Translations under genes and position numbers: made by a program
Assembly: GCF_018350175.1 (NCBI RefSeq)
Contig: NC_058369.1
Coordinates: forward strand, 157,294,001 to 157,358,000
DNA from: Felis catus
Lineage: Eukaryota
Reading direction: 5' to 3'
Length of the DNA: 64,000 nucleotides
Shown here: piece by piece, positions 61,751 through 64,000 of the stretch
Position numbering within the stretch: position 1 is the stretch's first letter
How the letters are laid out: each line of letters begins with the position of its first letter
Notes under the pieces: model-generated
Told to the model about the DNA's origin: nothing
The model's database searches: none
The model's input: the letters and a program-made list of their open reading frames with translations, nothing else

Positions 61751-63510
61751 AAAATCTTAGTTTCCTACAGAGTAAACAGTCTCTTTCGACGTAAAATAAT
61801 CTTTCCAAGTAAATATTTAATTAGTTCAGAATTCTCCCTTTGATCAGAATGGTTTCTTTCTTTCTCTCCTTTTCTGGAGGTGACCTCTGTGTATAAGAGG
61901 AAACCTGGTACCAGGGGAGACACGGCGGGGCTTGGGGTGGAGGCTATAGACTCACTCCTGTCTCATGCTGGTTCTGGTGCTGGTCTCTGCGGTCGGGTAG
62001 CTACTCTCATCTGCGCATATGTACGTGGCCTTTCTTTGAGAGTCTAGACCTTGCCCGCGGCATCCGCTGTTGAAGTCTGTGGCTGAGGGGCTCATGGACT
62101 GCTTGTTGCCTTGGCATTGTCAGGGCTCAGTGGCAGTCCTTTTGTTGAAATGCTCCTGCTTCAGGCTTTTCTGATGTGATCACCCCAAACACACACATAC
62201 ACACACGCACACACACACCCCATCTCCAAGAACTGACTGGTTCCTTTTGGGGTCCTGACTTAGGAAGTTTACTTTGTGGTCCCTTTTCTCCAAAAAGCTG
62301 ATCCTCCCTTGGCAGGCAGTCTGGTTCTGCACCAGGCACGCAGAAAGGTGGGGCGTACATGCTGCATCGTAGGGGCTCTTCCACTGCTGCTCTGCGGTCC
62401 CTTGACCTTCTTGGAGTTTCTGGGCCACCGTGAACAATCTGTCATTTGGAATTAATAAAGATAACACTATATTAGTCTAATACTCCCGAAGTATTCTCTT
62501 ATGCTATTTTTCACATAGTGCCCATCTTTCATGGGGAGTCAGGTATCTCTTCCTTTCTCTGTTCAGCTGATCACACCTGCCCCCAGTGGATCGGTTAGAC
62601 CTTTATTTTCAACTCCATGAGTTTCCATTGAGAAAATTCTCCCAGCCTCTCTCACCGTGGGCTCTTTTAGTCTCTGTGCTCCATATACATCCCAGCCCTG
62701 ATCTAGCATTCAGTTTCTTCTTCTTGGCCTTTGGCCTGGGTTGCCAGTCAGTCTGTTGCATTCTGCTCCTCCATGGATACAACTGAGTAGGGCTGTGGAC
62801 CATATGGGTCCCGGGGGTGGAGGAATTAGCCACGACAGGTCTGACTGCAGGACTAAGCAGCAGTGTGACAATCAGATTGTGGGCACTAAACCTAAGGTAT
62901 GTGAAATACTTTGCTAAAGGAGCCTGTTTGATTTTTCTGGAGCGGCCCTTCTCAGTTCCCCTAGCCTGGTGTGCGGTTGGCCCTAAGTGGGCCTGGGTAT
63001 TGCCATGTCCTAGGGAATGAGGGAGGGAAACATTAATATGTCACATTCAGGTAGGCACAGATTTGGCCAGAGCTGGACAATTGGTAAAAAATCAGTGGAG
63101 ATGAAAATCAATATGTGTCTGATGTCAAATCTTAGGCTCTTTTCACTAGACCATGCTTCCTCCACCATTCCTCCCTTTCTGAAATGACGTGGTTGCAGAT
63201 GAAAGAATGTGGAGGTTTCCTGATGCTCTGACATTCTGAAATTCTCTCCAGAGAGATTAGCAGAAGGGGAAGCAGTATCTTTCTGCTTCAGGGTCTTTCC
63301 CATTTCCCAATTAAGCAGAAACAATGTCTCTTAATATCAAAAAGAACAGAGAAAAGGGTTCTGACTGCGTGTTTCCTGCTACTCTTAGATATAGTTGCTT
63401 CCTGGCCTTTCTACAAGGAAGCTGACTTGCTTTTTGTTTCCCTCTGGAGTCTTCTGGCTCACTTCCATGCCTAAACATTTGCCTCAGTTTTGCCCTAACA
63501 TTTTGGATTC

Positions 63511-63983
63511 TGTGGCAAGCTAAATAATGGCCCCCACTTATATCCACATCCTAATCCCTGGAGAATATGAATTTTACCTTCTATGGTAGAAGGGACTTTG
63601 TGGATATGATTAAGTTAAGAATTGGGAGATGGAGAGATTATCTTGGATGGTCCCAGGTGTGCCCAACGTTGACACTAGCAGGGGGGAGGCAGGAAGATCT
63701 TTCTGAAGCAGAAAAGGATGTGTTGATAGAAGCAAGAATTTGCGGTGATGTGAGGAAAGTCACAAGTCAAGGAATGCAGGTAGCCACTAAAAGCTAAAAA
63801 AGGCAAGAAGAAGGGTTCCCTTCTGAAGCCTCTAGAAGGAACAAGCCCTCCCAACACCTCGACCTGAGCCCAGTAAAATTGATTTTGGACTTCTGACATC
63901 CAGAATTGTGAGAATCAATTTGCGTTGCTGTAAACCAGCAAATTTGTGGTAATTTATTACAGCAGCAGTGGGAAACTTAGGCA
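63511..63983 (+). mobile_element. Complete solo MaLR LTR (MLT1D-like)
   Basis: TG...CA ends, TGTGGCAAGCTAAATAATGGCCCCC...AGGGACTTTG...AAATTTGTGGTAATTTATTACAGCAGC; 5-bp TSD GATTC at 63506-63510 and 63984-63988. Confidence 0.9.
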
Positions 63984-64000
63984 GATTCTAATCTCTTCCC

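Noticed and set aside
1-64000. CRISPR array, operon or prokaryotic defence-type system
   Set aside because: Mammalian DNA; all short direct repeats I found are explained as TSDs, microsatellites or one local tandem duplication

Overview
Mammalian (carnivore, almost certainly felid) genomic DNA from a draft assembly with 8 N-gaps. It is dense in tRNA-derived Can-SINEs, including four near-identical young SINEC_Fc-type copies, plus L1, L2, MIR, MaLR LTR and DNA-transposon remnants. The gene content matches the bitter-taste/olfactory receptor block that in human lies at 7q35 next to EPHA1. There are three + strand TAS2R pseudogenes: TAS2R62-like (6195-7120, one 1-bp frameshift), TAS2R60 (12127-13052, heavily decayed) and TAS2R41 (37186-38097, lost start codon plus three frameshifts). 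On the - strand are a POLR3K processed pseudogene, a truncated family-2 OR pseudogene and one intact family-2 olfactory receptor (52535-53476). A tailless U6 fragment sits at 22737. No prokaryotic-type system, CRISPR array or novel multi-gene system is supported. The most interesting observation is a shared upstream module, AGGCAA...TGAGC-N8/9-octamer ATT(T/C)GCAT, lying 264, 267 and 270 bp before the conserved TM1 Asn codon of all three TAS2R paralogues: a candidate POU2F3-dependent TAS2R promoter element. Other points are GC-biased decay of TAS2R41, a probable gene-conversion tract between the OR copies, and a three-level L1>POLR3K retrocopy>SINE nest. Gene and repeat names come from recalled sequence similarity, not database searches, and repeat boundaries are approximate.
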